Source: Sphyrna mokarran (Eukaryota). Taken from it: a DNA stretch of 64,000 nucleotides. The notes beneath the pieces are model-generated. The model ran no database searches and was not told the DNA's origin. It was given only the letters and a program-made list of their open reading frames with translations. Positions within the stretch are counted from its first letter, which is position 1. Each line of letters starts with the position of its first letter. Positions 63,417-64,000 of this stretch are shown here, piece by piece. The stretch is taken from contig JAGIQG010000016.1 of the NCBI GenBank assembly GCA_024679065.1, forward strand, positions 2,790,001 to 2,854,000. The letters are read 5' to 3'. Made by a program: the position numbers and the translations under genes.

Positions 63417-64000
63417 TTGCAAAAGGCCAAGGATGGCCAGTTTGGGACCAATGACCACAATTCTATTGGTTTTAAGTTAGCTATGGAGAATAATAAGTCT
63501 GGCCCAAAAATTAAAATTCTACATTGGGGCAAGACCAATTTTGACGGTATCAGGCAGGAACTTTCAAAAGTTAATTGGGGGAGTCTGTGGGAAGGCAAAG
63601 GGAATTCTAATAAGTGGCACACTTTCAAAGATTTGTTAACCAGGGTTCAGGGTAAACATATTCCTCTTAGACTGAAGGGCAAGACTGACAGAAGTAGGGA
63701 ACCCTCGATGCCTCAAGATACTGAGGTGCTGGTCAAGAAGAAAAAGGCACATCACGTGCATAGGCAGCTGGGATAAAGTTAATCCCTTGAAGAGTATAAA
63801 GGGTGTAGTAGAGTTAAGAGAGAAATCAGGAGAGCAAAAAAAGGACACATGATTGATTTGGCAGCTAAGGCAAAGGAGAATCCAAAGAGCTTCTACAAAT
63901 ACATAAAGAGGAAAAGAGAGCAAGGAAGAGAGTAGGACCTCGAAGGATCAACAATATCATCTATGTGCAGATCCACAAGAGATGGGTGAGATTCTAAATG
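63417..64000 (+). mobile_element. CR1 ORF2 fragment (EN end/tether), runs off the window
   Basis: FGTNDHNSIGFKL…KENPKSFYKYI. Confidence 0.8.

Overview
Eukaryotic, repeat-dense genomic DNA, almost certainly from a cartilaginous fish (shark). The evidence is HE1/V-SINE and Deu-domain SINE copies, abundant CR1, Rex1/Babar, L2, RTE and Penelope elements, and a 33-bp GC-rich minisatellite. Most of the window is transposable elements, and nearly all ORFs in the track are TE remnants or repeat artefacts. The host content is part of a Siglec-like (CD33-related/MAG/CD22-type) Ig receptor cluster with three units. (A) A minus-strand gene with a leader exon (coding 6048-6093) and a MAG-like V-set exon (4390-4746) that lacks the sialic-acid-binding Arg; it runs off the left edge. 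(P) A plus-strand pseudogene (about 25993-32133) whose C2 exon is split by a solo LTR and carries a stop codon, ending in an Arg-containing TM exon with a short tail and no ITIM (activating type). (B) A plus-strand gene with a putative PU.1 promoter, a leader exon (coding 47647-47686) and two tandem 354-bp V-set exons (54253-54606, 59532-59885) with rearranged cysteines; it runs off the right edge. Other notable structure: Penelope-derived palindromic mini-elements carrying minimal hammerhead ribozymes, SINE-derived minisatellite arrays beside both promoters, a near full-length CR1 head-to-head with gene B, and a CR1 family with a V-SINE core in its 3' UTR. All family assignments come from motif recognition by eye; no database search was run, and TE boundaries are approximate.
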